Assembly: GCF_004010195.1 (NCBI RefSeq)
Contig: NC_057720.1
Coordinates: 27,963,473 to 28,027,472, forward strand
Origin: Chiloscyllium plagiosum
Lineage: Eukaryota
Direction of reading: 5' to 3'
Length of the DNA: 64,000 bases
Positions 62,611-64,000 of the stretch are shown here, in pieces. Below the pieces are notes generated by a model. The model had not been told where the DNA came from. It searched no databases and was given only the letters and a program-made list of their open reading frames with translations. Both the position numbers and the translations under genes were made by a program. Every line of letters begins with the position of its first letter. Positions within the stretch are counted from its first letter, which is position 1.

Positions 62611-63214
62611 TGGAGTTATACTTTGACATTGTGGTTAACAATCCATGCAAAGGTTTCAGTTGACACGGCATGAATGATTATTATGTTACTACGAATGGAT
62701 CTCTCAGGGCAGCTATTCAGCATATAGGTGATCTGCCTTGGATAACTAGAGTCAGTATTTGAATCTTTTTCATGTTACACTTGTGAAGCAAGTATCCCAT
62801 CTTCTATGGTCACTCCTTAAGTGGTCAAGGATTGTCCTGATATTCTTTGAAAAGCTGAAACCTGGGACTTCATCATTCAGGTCAGTTTGTAGGTTGTAGT
62901 TGATGTGTGTAGGAGGTGTGCCATAATGAAATGGAGCTGTTGTCAGTTTGTAAATCATACACTGTGTTCCAATCGAGATAATAGAAATTCAGATGAGTGT
63001 AAGAATTTTCCTTTCAGGTACTGTGTCAGTGGGAATGGTTTATTTGCTGTCATCTCATTATTCTTTTGTGGAGGACATTTGAAGTACACAGACATCAGGA
63101 GGTTTGCTGTTATGAGGGTGATATCAATCTCTATATGGTCCTCCTGTTAAAATAAGTTGTTCATTAAGGATGAGAGTGGTGACTAGTATGTGAAGCTAGA
63201 GGACATAGGTAGGG

Positions 63215-64000
63215 TTCTAAATTAATACTTTTTCAGTGTTTGCTAGTGAGAGGAGGGACAATATGACATAGAAATCGGGGAAAGGTCTCTGATATACTTA
63301 AAGAAAGTAACATAGACACAGAGGAGATTCTGAGAGATCTGATGGACTTAAAAGTAGATAAATTTCCATAGCTGGATGAAATTTATCCCAGGCTGTTGAG
63401 TGAGAAAAGGGAGGAAATAACTGGGAAACTGGCAGCAATCTTCAATTCCTCTCTGCCCACAGGAGAGGTACCAGAGGACTGGAGGATAGCTGAAGGAGGG
63501 AGCAAGGGATAAACCAGGAAACTACATGCTAGTCAGTCTGGCTTCCATGATGGGAAAACAATTGGAAACAATTCTGAGGGACAGAATTATTCTGCACTTG
63601 GAGAAGCAAGGATTAATCAAGAATAGTCATTATGGTTTTATTAAGGGGAAGTCATATCTGACTAACTTGATATTGAGTTTTTGAAGAGGTGACCAGGTGA
63701 CCAGATAAGGGCAATGCATTTAATATTGTCTCCTTGGACTTCAGCAAGGTTTTTGTAAGGCTCACATGCATGACTGATAATGAAGGTTAAAAACCCATGG
63801 AATCCAAGGAACTTTGACCAAATAGATCCAGAATTGACTGAGTGGCAGGAAGCAGAGGATAATGGTTTAGGGTTGTTTTATCGTGACTGAAAGCCTGTGT
63901 CCAGTAGTTCTGCAGGGATCAGTGTTGGGGCCTTTGTTTGTAATATATATAAACTGTTTTAGACTTGAATATATGAGGGTTGATCAGTAAGTTTACGGAT
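63215..64000 (+). mobile_element. Old CR1 RT fragment running off the window
   Basis: PEDWRIA, KPGNY.LVSL, DFSKVF, QGSVLGP, SKFTD motifs. Confidence 0.82.

Noticed and set aside
1..64000. ORFs in the six-frame track as host genes
   Set aside because: The recognisable ones are frameshifted CR1, L1, Rex1 or Penelope fragments, or SINE read-throughs; the rest are short or low-complexity with no recognisable domain.

Overview
Eukaryotic, repeat-dense genomic DNA, most likely from a shark or ray (HE1-like V-SINEs with (CTAAT)n tails, abundant CR1 LINEs). No intact host protein-coding gene is recognisable: the listed ORFs are LINE, Penelope or SINE fragments, or spurious. The window holds several near-full-length and truncated CR1 LINEs, an internally deleted full-length L1/Tx1 with TSD, Rex1 and L2 fragments, a Harbinger transposase fossil, a probable solo LTR, a CpG-rich promoter-like region (~9.05-10.0 kb) and weak micro-exon and snoRNA candidates. 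The most notable signal is a set of Penelope-like (RT + GIY-YIG) elements from about four families plus more than a dozen short, mostly TSD-flanked palindromic or single-arm derivatives. They carry minimal hammerhead ribozyme cores (CUGANGA-stem-GAAA-CG-UC), have consistently asymmetric arms (one arm has a ~35-40 nt tail), and in two cases contain inverted copies of nearby host DNA, suggesting a two-ended, fold-back or template-switch integration mechanism. Coordinates were read by eye; boundaries of old repeats are approximate.
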